Below are positions 7,878 to 15,680 of a stretch of 32,000 nt of DNA, piece by piece. Numbering within the stretch: the first letter of the stretch is position 1; the number at the start of each line of letters is the position of its first letter. This DNA is from Desulfobulbus propionicus DSM 2032 (GTDB lineage: Bacteria > Desulfobacterota > Desulfobulbia > Desulfobulbales > Desulfobulbaceae): assembly GCF_000186885.1 (NCBI RefSeq), contig NC_014972.1:1680001-1712000 (forward strand), read 5' to 3'. The notes under the pieces were generated by a model. The model was not told where the DNA came from, did not search any database, and saw only the letters and a program-made list of their open reading frames with translations. Both the position numbers and the translations under genes were made by a program.

Positions 7878-9712
7878 GCGCCGGTCCTCCCTTGTTCGGG
7901 TTCTTTTTTCCCGCTCTCCAGCAAACCGATGAAGGCGTCCTCCATGGTCGCCTCCCGGCCGTCGATCCCCACCAGACCCTCCTTGAGGCTCTCCGGCGTG
8001 CCTTCGGCCAGTACCCGGCCATCGGCCATGATCACCAACCGGTCACAGTATTCGGCCTCTTCCATGAAATGGGTGGTGACCAGCACGGTCACGCCCTGGT
8101 CGGCCAGGCTGTTGATTTGCACCCAAAACTCGCGCCGGGCCAGGGGATCGACCCCGGAGGTGGGTTCGTCGAGAAACAGCACCTCGGGTTCGTGCATCAG
8201 GGCCACGGCCAGGGCCAGCCGTTGCTTGAAACCCAGCGGCAAGGACTGGCTTTCGCTGGCGGCGAACGGAGCGAGGTCAAAGGTGTCCAGGGCCCAGTCG
8301 ATCTGCGTTTGCCGCTTTGCGCCGCGCAGGCCATAGGCGCTGCTGAAGAATTTGAGATTCTGCAGCACGCTCAGGTTGCCGTAGAGGGAAAACCGTTGTG
8401 CCATGTAGCCGATACGCGCCCGGGCGGCTGCCGCGGCCGTGCGCAGATTCATCCCGGCCACGGTGCAGGCGCCGCTGGAAATGGGCAGCAGGCCACAAAG
8501 CATGCGAAAGGTGGTGGTCTTGCCGGCGCCGTTGGCCCCGAGCAGGCCGAAGATTTCGCCGTGGCGCACGCGGAAGCTGACATGGTCGACCGCGAGGAAG
8601 TCGCCGAAACGGCGCACCAAATTGTCGACCGTGATCACGTCCTGACCGGCAAATCGGCCGTTGGCGCGTTGCAGGGCAATGGGTTGGCCGTTGCCTTCGA
8701 TGGCCTGGTCGTCTTTGAGGGTGGCGACAAAATAGTCTTCAAAGCGGGGCGGTACCGGGACGATATCCGCCCCGCTTTCGTGCGCCAGTTCAGGCAGGCG
8801 CAGGGGCGTCTGTTCCCGGCTGACCACCCGCACCGCCTTGCCGAGAATCAGGGCGTCGAGCACGGCCGGGTCGCGGCTCAACCGCCGTTGCAGGGTCCGT
8901 TTGGGCAGGGCCGGGGCGTGGACCAACCAGGTTCGGCCAGCTACCTGACGGCTGAAGGACTGGGGTTGGTCATGGCCGAGAATCTGCCCCTGGTGAATGA
9001 GCACCACCTCGGCGCAGCGTTCGGCCTCGTCGAGATAGGCGGTGCTGAGCAGCACGCTCATGCCCTCGGCCTCGACCAGGTGATAGACGATCTGCCACAG
9101 CTCCCGCCGCGACACCGGATCGACGCCGACCGTGGGTTCATCGAGCAGCAGCAGGCGCGGCGGCCGCACCAGGGTGCAGACCAGGCCGAGTTTCTGCTTC
9201 ATGCCGCCGGAGAGCCGCCCGGCCAGACGGCCGCGAAACCCCTCCAGGCCGGCCATGGCCAGCAGTTGTTTGTACCGCCCCGGCCGCAGGGGCGGTTCCA
9301 CGCCCTGCAGATCGGCATAGAGATCGAGATTTTCCTGGACGGTGAGATCTTCGTAGAGGCCGAAGCGCTGCGGCATGTAGCCCACACTGGCCTGGACCTT
9401 GAGCGGCTCGCGGACCGCATCGATCTCCAAGGCGCGGATATCGCCCCCGTCCGGGCTGAGCAATCCAGCGCACAGCCGCATCAGGGTGGTCTTGCCCGCT
9501 CCATCCGGACCGATCAAGCCGGTGACCATGCGTGGTTTGACGGTGCAGCTCACCCCGGCCAGGGCGGTGACCTGCTGGTTGTTAACGGTGAAGGTCTTGC
9601 TGACCCGATCGAGGATCAGAGCCGGTCGGGGAGCCGGATCAGGGACGAGGGCTTCGGCCGCTGAAGGCAGTGGCGGGCTCATGGGCGGCGCCGCGACGTT
9701 GCCGCCGGGCAA
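7874..9712 (-). CDS. ABC transporter ATP-binding protein with two fused ATPase cassettes (YbhF-like)
   Basis: 612 aa. Two Walker A sites (GPDGAGKTT, GANGAGKTT), two signature motifs (LSGGMKQK, LPLGFKQR) and two Walker B sites (LLLLDEPT, VLFLDEPT). The track start at 9712 is a TTG; an in-frame ATG at 9682 (MSPPLPS...) is an equally plausible start. Confidence 0.9.
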   Translation of the reverse strand: MPGGNVAAPPMSPPLPSAAEALVPDPAPRPALILDRVSKTFTVNNQQVTALAGVSCTVKPRMVTGLIGPDGAGKTTLMRLCAGLLSPDGGDIRALEIDAVREPLKVQASVGYMPQRFGLYEDLTVQENLDLYADLQGVEPPLRPGRYKQLLAMAGLEGFRGRLAGRLSGGMKQKLGLVCTLVRPPRLLLLDEPTVGVDPVSRRELWQIVYHLVEAEGMSVLLSTAYLDEAERCAEVVLIHQGQILGHDQPQSFSRQVAGRTWLVHAPALPKRTLQRRLSRDPAVLDALILGKAVRVVSREQTPLRLPELAHESGADIVPVPPRFEDYFVATLKDDQAIEGNGQPIALQRANGRFAGQDVITVDNLVRRFGDFLAVDHVSFRVRHGEIFGLLGANGAGKTTTFRMLCGLLPISSGACTVAGMNLRTAAAAARARIGYMAQRFSLYGNLSVLQNLKFFSSAYGLRGAKRQTQIDWALDTFDLAPFAASESQSLPLGFKQRLALAVALMHEPEVLFLDEPTSGVDPLARREFWVQINSLADQGVTVLVTTHFMEEAEYCDRLVIMADGRVLAEGTPESLKEGLVGIDGREATMEDAFIGLLESGKKEPEQGRTGA

Positions 9713-9972
9713 GGGACGGACGTATTTTCACGCTGGGAACGGGAGTGCAGCAGGGCGAAGCTGGAACAGACCATGGAGACCTCTGAACGATCGGGTGGCG
9801 GAACAATGTGCCGCCATCATACCACAACCGCTCGAATTTTCTCCATGGCTGGACAAAAAAAGAGGCAAAATCCGGCGCGCGCCCAGCCGCAAGCCAAGTT
9901 TTCGCCCACGGCTTCCAGGCGAAAAATCGTCAAGCGGGCCGGGTACACACGAAGGGAAGGGCATCGTGCCGC

Positions 9973-10449
9973 TCAGCGCTGATAGGTGCCCATCAACTCA
10001 GCTTCTGCCAGCACATGTCCTTGCATGGCCCGTTCCACCTCGCTTCTCGTGGGGTTGCCCAGGTTGGGCAGGACCGCGTCCAGGGCGTAGAGCCTGAAGA
10101 AATACCGATGGCGGCCGATGGGCGGGCAGGGGCCGCCGTAGCCGGTACGGCGCCAGTCATTGACGCCCTCCCTGGTGCCAGGAGGAAGATCGGCCCGGGA
10201 TACGGCCTCCGGCAGGCCCGTGCAGTCGGCGGGCAGGTTGTACAGCACCCAATGGACCCAGGTGGTTTTCGGCGCCAGCGGATCGGGTGCGTCCGGATCA
10301 ACGACCAGCAGCGCCAGGCTTCGGGTTGCCGGCGGCATCCCTGTCCAGCTCAGCGGCGGCGACAGATCGTGGCCGTCACAGGTATATAAGGAGGGAATTC
10401 TGCCCTGATGGCCAAAGGCGGTGGAGGAAAGTTTCAAGCTCATGCACAT
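9973..10449 (-). CDS. YbhB/YbcL family phosphatidylethanolamine-binding (Raf kinase inhibitor-like) protein
   Basis: 158 aa. LVVDPDAPDP, WVHWVLYNLP and GYGGPCPPIGRHRYFFRLYALD are typical of bacterial PEBP proteins. The ATG at 10443 (MSLKL..., GGGGGG about 7 nt upstream) may be the real start. Confidence 0.85.
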   Translation of the reverse strand: MCMSLKLSSTAFGHQGRIPSLYTCDGHDLSPPLSWTGMPPATRSLALLVVDPDAPDPLAPKTTWVHWVLYNLPADCTGLPEAVSRADLPPGTREGVNDWRRTGYGGPCPPIGRHRYFFRLYALDAVLPNLGNPTRSEVERAMQGHVLAEAELMGTYQR

Positions 10450-10521
10450 GCCCCCCGAAAGTTGTCCGCATCAGCGATTGCTGACAAAGAAGGCCGGTTC
10501 ATCCCGATATCCGGCGTCGCG

Positions 10522-11070
10522 CTAGACCACCTTGACGTTGCGTGCCTGCGGCCCCTTGTCGCCGTCTTCCTCGCGGAATTGCACCGCCGTGCCGATGGTC
10601 AAGGCATCGAAATTCGTATTGAGCACGCTGTTGCGGTGAAAATAGATGTCCCGGTCATCCGAGGTGGTGATGGTGCCGTAGTCCTCCATGGGCGAGAGAT
10701 GGGTGATCTTGCCCGATGGTATTTCCTCGTGGACCTTGACTTCGCCCTTGCGCCGCTCCGTGTATTGTTCGAGCTGGCGACCGGCGGCGGCAAAGGCGTC
10801 GCGCAAGGCGACATAGACATCCTGATGGGCCTGGTTGCGCGGGTCCGGCTCGCGGTTCACCTCCAGCTTGCCCTCTGGACAGGTGAGATCGATGCGGATT
10901 TTATAAAGGCCGCCCTTCTGCTTGTTCTGCAACGGCGCCTCCACCACCACCCGGCAACTGATGATTCCGCCGTGATACCGGCTCAACTTTTCGACACGCT
11001 TGCGGATTTCCGCTTCAACGGCTTCCGATTTCGCGGTGTTCCGAAACGTAACTTGTAAGGGTACCTGCAT
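10522..11070 (-). CDS. HPF/RaiA-like ribosome-associated domain fused to a C-terminal cold-shock-like (CSD) domain
   Basis: Track ORF is 10522-11175. I prefer the ATG at 11070 (AAGGAGG 7 nt upstream), giving 182 aa. N-terminal MQVPLQVTFRNTAKSEAVEAEIRKRVEKLSRYHGGIISCRVVVE resembles the sigma-54 modulation/S30EA family. C-terminal GKITHLSPMEDYGTITTSDDRDIYFHRNSV..GTAVQFREEDGDKGPQARNVKVV resembles a cold-shock domain. Confidence 0.75.
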   Translation of the reverse strand: MQVPLQVTFRNTAKSEAVEAEIRKRVEKLSRYHGGIISCRVVVEAPLQNKQKGGLYKIRIDLTCPEGKLEVNREPDPRNQAHQDVYVALRDAFAAAGRQLEQYTERRKGEVKVHEEIPSGKITHLSPMEDYGTITTSDDRDIYFHRNSVLNTNFDALTIGTAVQFREEDGDKGPQARNVKVV

Positions 11071-11718
11071 GAGACGCCTCCTTGAGGTGGCACGATAAAC
11101 GGCCCTGGTTTTCTCTTCCCCTTGGCTGACAGCCGAAGGGAAACAGGGGAAGCATGGCGTATTCCTGGCAAACAACCTGAAAAAACTCTTTTTTTTAAAA
11201 TAGAAAAACAGCGAAGGAAATTCAAGGAAGGGAAAGTGGAGAGGGAATGGAGATACAATCTATCCATGTAAACCGTAAGTCATCAATCCACAACCAGGCG
11301 CGAGACATGCCGACCGGCGCAACCGGGTCGCCTCGGGGGCTTGGGGTATGGTGTGGGGATGCCGCGCTCATTGGGCCAGGAGCCTGAGGTCGGATTCGCC
11401 TGCGATGGAAAATACGACGGCGGCAAGGGCTTGATGGTGCCGGTTTGTCCGATCGGCCCGGAGAAGCCGCTCATCGATGGCGGCGGTGCGACCGGGCTGA
11501 ACCCCTTGTCCTGCAAGCAAAGTCAACCTGCCCTCTCTTTGGGGGCGGCTCCATTGTGGCGATTCGCGCCGCGATCACCCAGGATGGTTGGTAAAATAAT
11601 GAGTGATATTTGATGGTTGTTGCTTGCGTCCACCTGTGGTAGGAAAAGGTGTGCCGCTGGCGGCCGAGCCGAGCTCCCGACGGTCAGCAGCCATGACTAT
11701 CCGCAACGGAGGAACGGC

Positions 11719-12705
11719 ATGTCCGAACGGCTGAAGTTCGAGCGCTTTTTCTGGTTTCACGCGCAGGTCAAGCGAGCGCGCTTCCCCAATACCAGAAATC
11801 TGGTCGAGACATTCGAGGTTTCGGAACGAACCGCCCAGCGAGACATCGACTTCATGCGTGACCGATTGGATGCGCCCCTCGAATTCGATCGATCGCGAAA
11901 CGGCTACCGCTACACGGACGACGCCTACGAAATTCCTGCCTCGTGGATCGACGAGGACAGCCTGTTGTCCTTGGCCCTGGCGGCGCGGCTGGCCTCGACC
12001 ATACCCGATACCGCCGTCAAGGAGGATTTGTGCCGCTTGATCGGTCGCATGCTCCGCCTTTCCCGACACGAGGAATATGCCTGCCTCGATCGGCTGGGCG
12101 ACAAGGTTTCCGTCAAGAATATCGAGTACGCCCGGGTAGATGAACAGTTTTTTCGTCTGATTGTTCAGGCCCTGTTCGACGACCGCTCCCTGCGCATCAC
12201 CTATTGTTCCCCACACAGCGGCGCAGTCTCCGAACGGATAGTGCAGCCGCTCCACCTGATGCACTACATGGGCAGTTGGCATCTGCTGGCTTGGTGCGCC
12301 GCCAGGGAAGCCATCCGCGATTTTGCCTTGGCTCGATTGCAGGCGGTTGCATTGGCCGATACCCCCGTGCAAGTGCCCCTCGACCTACCGCCGATCAAGG
12401 AATATACCCGCCGCCACTTCGGCATCATGCAAGGCGAGACCGCCACCATCGTGACCCTGCGTTTCTCGCCCCACATCGCCCCTCGCATCCGCGAGCAGAT
12501 CTGGCACCCCGACCAGCAGACCACCCCGAAGCCCGACGGCAGCCTCCTGCTCAGCTTTCCCACCGCCGATTTCCGCGAACTGACCCGAAATATCCTCAGC
12601 TACGGCGCCGAGGTGCGGGTGGAGGAACCGGCGGAGCTACGGGAGCTGGTTCGCGGGGAAATCGAGAAAATGTTCAGAAATTTGTGCAGCCCTGACATCG
12701 AATGA
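11719..12705 (+). CDS. HTH + WYL domain transcriptional regulator, CRISPR-associated by position
   Basis: Track ORF is 11617-12705. I prefer the ATG at 11719 (GGAGG 7 nt upstream), 328 aa. N-terminal wHTH (NTRNLVETFEVSERTAQRDIDFMRDRL). Central WYL-type segment (RIVQPLHLMHYMGSWHLLAWCAAREAIRDFALARL). Ends 64 nt before cas3, same strand. Confidence 0.8.
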   Translation: MSERLKFERFFWFHAQVKRARFPNTRNLVETFEVSERTAQRDIDFMRDRLDAPLEFDRSRNGYRYTDDAYEIPASWIDEDSLLSLALAARLASTIPDTAVKEDLCRLIGRMLRLSRHEEYACLDRLGDKVSVKNIEYARVDEQFFRLIVQALFDDRSLRITYCSPHSGAVSERIVQPLHLMHYMGSWHLLAWCAAREAIRDFALARLQAVALADTPVQVPLDLPPIKEYTRRHFGIMQGETATIVTLRFSPHIAPRIREQIWHPDQQTTPKPDGSLLLSFPTADFRELTRNILSYGAEVRVEEPAELRELVRGEIEKMFRNLCSPDIE

Positions 12706-12769
12706 CAGGGCGGGGGTGGTAGGGTGGAGCCATGCCGGATACAAGAGAAGAGGTACAGGGAATTTTCCA

Positions 12770-14986
12770 ATGAACCATCATGACACCTTAGTTCCAGTTG
12801 CACATTCAAAGTCACCGTCGGACTGGCAAAGTCTCGAAGCCCATTTGGAAAAAGTTGCCGAGTTGGCAGAGCAACATGCAATGGCGTTTGGTGCCGCATC
12901 CTGGGGGCGGCTTGTCGGTCTTTGGCATGATCTGGGGAAATTTTCTCCCGATTTCCAGGAGTATATCCGGCAGGCCAGTGAAGCCCATTTGGAGAGCAAG
13001 CAAGGGCGGGTTAACCACTCATCAGCGGGGGCGTTACTGGCTATCGAGCGATTTGGTAAGATTGGGCGTATCTTGGCCTATTGCATTATGGGCCACCATG
13101 CGGGACTGCCGGATTGGCAGAGCGAAATTGCGCCACGAGCATCTCTTGCATGGCGGCTGGAACAGAAGGAGTTGCTTCCAACGGCAATAGAGGCTGGTAT
13201 CCCGACCGCAATCCTGAATCAAGCACTCCCCACAGAAAAAGCAAAAAACGGCACCGGGCTTTCACGTTCGCTTTGGCTGCGCATGCTTTTTTCCAGCCTT
13301 GTTGATGCCGATTTTCTCGATACCGAGGCTTTCATGGACCCTGAAAAGGCTCGGCGGCGTCAGGGGTATCCCACTCCTACCGAACTGGCGCCGTTGTTTG
13401 ATCGGTATATGACCGAGAAAACAGCAGGAGCGCCCTTCACAAAGGTCAACCGCATTCGCGCCGAGGTATTGCAGGCGTGTAGGGAGAAGGCGGCAGATTC
13501 CTCGGGGTTGTTTACCCTCACCGTGCCCACCGGTGGTGGCAAAACCCTTTCTTCTCTGGCATTTTCCCTATGCCATGCCACCTTTCATGGCAAACGGCGA
13601 ATCATCTACGTTATTCCTTATACCAGTATCATCGAGCAGACGGCGGACCAGTTCCGCGCCATCTTTGGCGAGGCGGTTCTGGAACACCACAGCAACCTGG
13701 ATGTCGCCGATGTGTCAAAGGAAGATGCGCGCAGTCGCCTGGCTTGCGAGAATTGGGATGCTCCCCTCATTGTCACTACCACGGTACAGTTCTTCGAGTC
13801 CTTGTTCGCCAGCCGCACTAGCCGATGCCGAAAGCTGCATAATATCGCGCAGAGCGTGGTGATTCTGGACGAAGCGCAACTCCTGCCGACAGATTTTCTC
13901 AAACCGGTTTTGGAAGTCATGCGAGAGCTGCAGGAGAATTACGGCGTCACCTTCGTGCTCTCCACAGCTACTCAGCCTGCCCTCGGGCCACACAAGAGCA
14001 TGGATTTCGATTTTGCTGGCCTACCCGGTTTACGAGAAATCATTCCCCCTTCATTGAACCTTTACGAGCGCTTGCAACGCACCAGGGTAAAGACTCTGGA
14101 GGGACTAACGACTTCACTCCCCTGGGATGCTCTCGCGTCACGCCTTAGTAGCCATGAATCTGTGCTCTGCATCGTCAATCGTCGTGACGATGCCCGTGTC
14201 CTGTGGGAGAAAATGCCTGTAGGCACCTTCCATCTTTCCGCTCTCATGTGCGGGGCGCATCGGTCTGAACGGATTGCTGAAATCAAGGCCAACCTGAAGG
14301 CGGAAAAGCCAACAAGAGTGGTCAGTACCCAACTTGTCGAAGCAGGTGTTGACCTCGATTTTCCAGTGGTCTACCGGGCGCTTGCCGGGCTCGACTCCGT
14401 GGCGCAAGCAGCCGGTCGTTGCAACCGGGAAGGGGCTTTGGAGCAAGGCATGGTGTACATCTTTCAACCGGAGAGCAAGATACCTGCGGGTTATCTTCGA
14501 CAAGCCGCCGAGATCGGTCGCCAACTCTTAATGGAGCAGAAGGTTGATCCTCTTGCCCCGGAGCGGTTCGAGCAGTATTTTCGGATGTTCTATTGGCTGC
14601 GCGGCTCTCTGCTCGACAAGGAAAATATTCTGGAATTGCTTGGCAATGACCCGGAACTGCGGATCAGTTTCCGCACGGCCGCCGAAAAGTTCAAGCTCAT
14701 CGATGAAGGTGTTTATGTGCCGGTCCTTGTTCAATATGGGGAAAAAGGCTGCCAACTGATTGATCTTTTGCGGCGCCAGGGGCCGGAACGTTGGATTCTT
14801 CGGCAAGCGCAACGCTATGTGGTCAATCTGCCACGATCCGTCCATGGGCAACTGTTGATCGACGGAGCCATCGAGGAAATCCATCCCGGTATCTTTGTGC
14901 AGGGGCACGGTAATTTGTACGACCGTAATCTCGGGTTTTGCGCGGATCGTTCTTTGATCTACGCACCGGATGAACTGATGATCTGA
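12770..14986 (+). CDS. cas3: type I CRISPR-associated helicase/nuclease Cas3 (HD + SF2 helicase)
   Basis: Track ORF is 12716-14986; the likely start is the ATG at 12770 (MNHHDTLVPVAH...). HD motifs GLWHDLGKFSPDFQ, NHSSAGA, MGHHAGLPD. Helicase motif I VPTGGGKT and motif II VILDEAQ; later QAAGRCNREG. Confidence 0.93.
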   Translation: MNHHDTLVPVAHSKSPSDWQSLEAHLEKVAELAEQHAMAFGAASWGRLVGLWHDLGKFSPDFQEYIRQASEAHLESKQGRVNHSSAGALLAIERFGKIGRILAYCIMGHHAGLPDWQSEIAPRASLAWRLEQKELLPTAIEAGIPTAILNQALPTEKAKNGTGLSRSLWLRMLFSSLVDADFLDTEAFMDPEKARRRQGYPTPTELAPLFDRYMTEKTAGAPFTKVNRIRAEVLQACREKAADSSGLFTLTVPTGGGKTLSSLAFSLCHATFHGKRRIIYVIPYTSIIEQTADQFRAIFGEAVLEHHSNLDVADVSKEDARSRLACENWDAPLIVTTTVQFFESLFASRTSRCRKLHNIAQSVVILDEAQLLPTDFLKPVLEVMRELQENYGVTFVLSTATQPALGPHKSMDFDFAGLPGLREIIPPSLNLYERLQRTRVKTLEGLTTSLPWDALASRLSSHESVLCIVNRRDDARVLWEKMPVGTFHLSALMCGAHRSERIAEIKANLKAEKPTRVVSTQLVEAGVDLDFPVVYRALAGLDSVAQAAGRCNREGALEQGMVYIFQPESKIPAGYLRQAAEIGRQLLMEQKVDPLAPERFEQYFRMFYWLRGSLLDKENILELLGNDPELRISFRTAAEKFKLIDEGVYVPVLVQYGEKGCQLIDLLRRQGPERWILRQAQRYVVNLPRSVHGQLLIDGAIEEIHPGIFVQGHGNLYDRNLGFCADRSLIYAPDELMI

Positions 14987-14996
14987 AGGAGGAAAC

Positions 14997-15680
14997 ATGA
15001 ACGGAAACGGAAAGCGAAGCGCTCTCTTCCGCCTCAAGGTCTGGGGGCGAAACGCCTGCTTTACCAGGCCAGAAATGAAAGTGGAACGTGTTTCGTACGA
15101 TGTGATGACGCCTTCGGCAGCTCGGGGCGTACTTGAGGCCATCCTGTGGAAACCGGCTATTCGTTGGCTGGTGGAACGCATCGACGTCCTGGCTCCGATC
15201 CGTTGGGAGTCAGTCCGGAGGAACGAGGTCGGCAGTGTCATGTCCCCGCGTTCCAACGGAATTTTTATTGAGGACCAGAGGCAACAGCGGGCCGGATTGT
15301 TCCTGCGGGATGTGGCCTACACCATCCATGCGCGTCTGGAATTAACAGCCAAGGCCGGGGCGGAAGACAACCTCACCAAGTTTCAGGAAATGTTTCTGCG
15401 TAGGGCGGAGAAGGGGCAATGCTTTCATCGGCCCTACCTCGGTTGCCGGGAATTTGCCGCTGACTTCACTTTGATCCGTCAGGAGGAACCGTTACCGGAA
15501 CCGATAGGTATATCCCGTGATCTTGGCTGGATGCTGTACGATATTCAGCATGACAACCGGGCCGACAAAAACCATGTGCATTGCTGTACCGAATCCTGCC
15601 GACCTTCTTTCTTTCGGGCGGAACTATCCAATGGGGTTTTGCTTGTGCCATCGCCTGGCGATGGGGAGGTGCGGCAATGA
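14997..15680 (+). CDS. cas5c: Cas5c (Cas5d), type I-C Cascade subunit and pre-crRNA endoribonuclease
   Basis: 227 aa. FRLKVWGRNACFTRPEMKVERVSYDVMTPSAARGVLEAILWKPAIRW is the characteristic Cas5d N-terminus. No cas6 in the locus, as expected for I-C. Confidence 0.92.
   Translation: MNGNGKRSALFRLKVWGRNACFTRPEMKVERVSYDVMTPSAARGVLEAILWKPAIRWLVERIDVLAPIRWESVRRNEVGSVMSPRSNGIFIEDQRQQRAGLFLRDVAYTIHARLELTAKAGAEDNLTKFQEMFLRRAEKGQCFHRPYLGCREFAADFTLIRQEEPLPEPIGISRDLGWMLYDIQHDNRADKNHVHCCTESCRPSFFRAELSNGVLLVPSPGDGEVRQ

Noticed and set aside
6748-8022. N-terminal 424 aa of the 793-aa track ORF 5641-8022 (Arg/Pro/Gly/Ala-rich).
   Set aside because: This stretch overlaps the well-supported permease gene 6753-7877 in another frame and has low-complexity composition. 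The real permease starts at the ATG at 6747.
3139-9664. Long plus-strand ORFs antisense to the minus-strand operon (3139-4236, 4215-5222, 5578-6504, 6792-7529, 7560-8336, 7892-9664).
   Set aside because: These are typical stop-poor shadow frames of GC-rich genes. Their translations are biased toward Gly, Asp, His, Arg and Gln, with no recognisable motifs, and the opposite-strand genes carry clear motifs.
9899-9925. Hairpin TTTTCGCC-N11-GGCGAAAA about 50 nt downstream of the PEBP gene stop, considered as an intrinsic terminator.
   Set aside because: The stem has only 4 G:C pairs, with the A/U tracts inside the stem rather than trailing it. This is too weak to call.
9713-9972. Sigma-54 promoter candidates upstream of the ABC/two-component operon (reverse-strand TGGCGGCACATTGTTCCGC around 9798-9816) and in 470-530 upstream of the Lon gene.
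   Set aside because: The GG-to-GC spacing is off by one or more, and the -12 element is not TTGC. By eye these do not meet the TGGCAC-N5-TTGC consensus.
11327-11415. Two repeat-like patches 62 nt apart upstream of the WYL/cas operon: GTCGCCTCGGGGGCTTGGGGTATGG (11327-11351) and GTCGGATTCGCCTGCGATGGAAAATAC (11389-11415). I considered them as a degenerate mini-array of the cas-regulating (CreR/CreA) type.
   Set aside because: Only GTCGCC and CGGGGGC blocks match. The 5'-handle part (TGGATTGAAAC) and the hairpin are not preserved in the positions that matter, and such GC-rich hexamers are common here. A covariance or alignment test would be needed to revive the idea.
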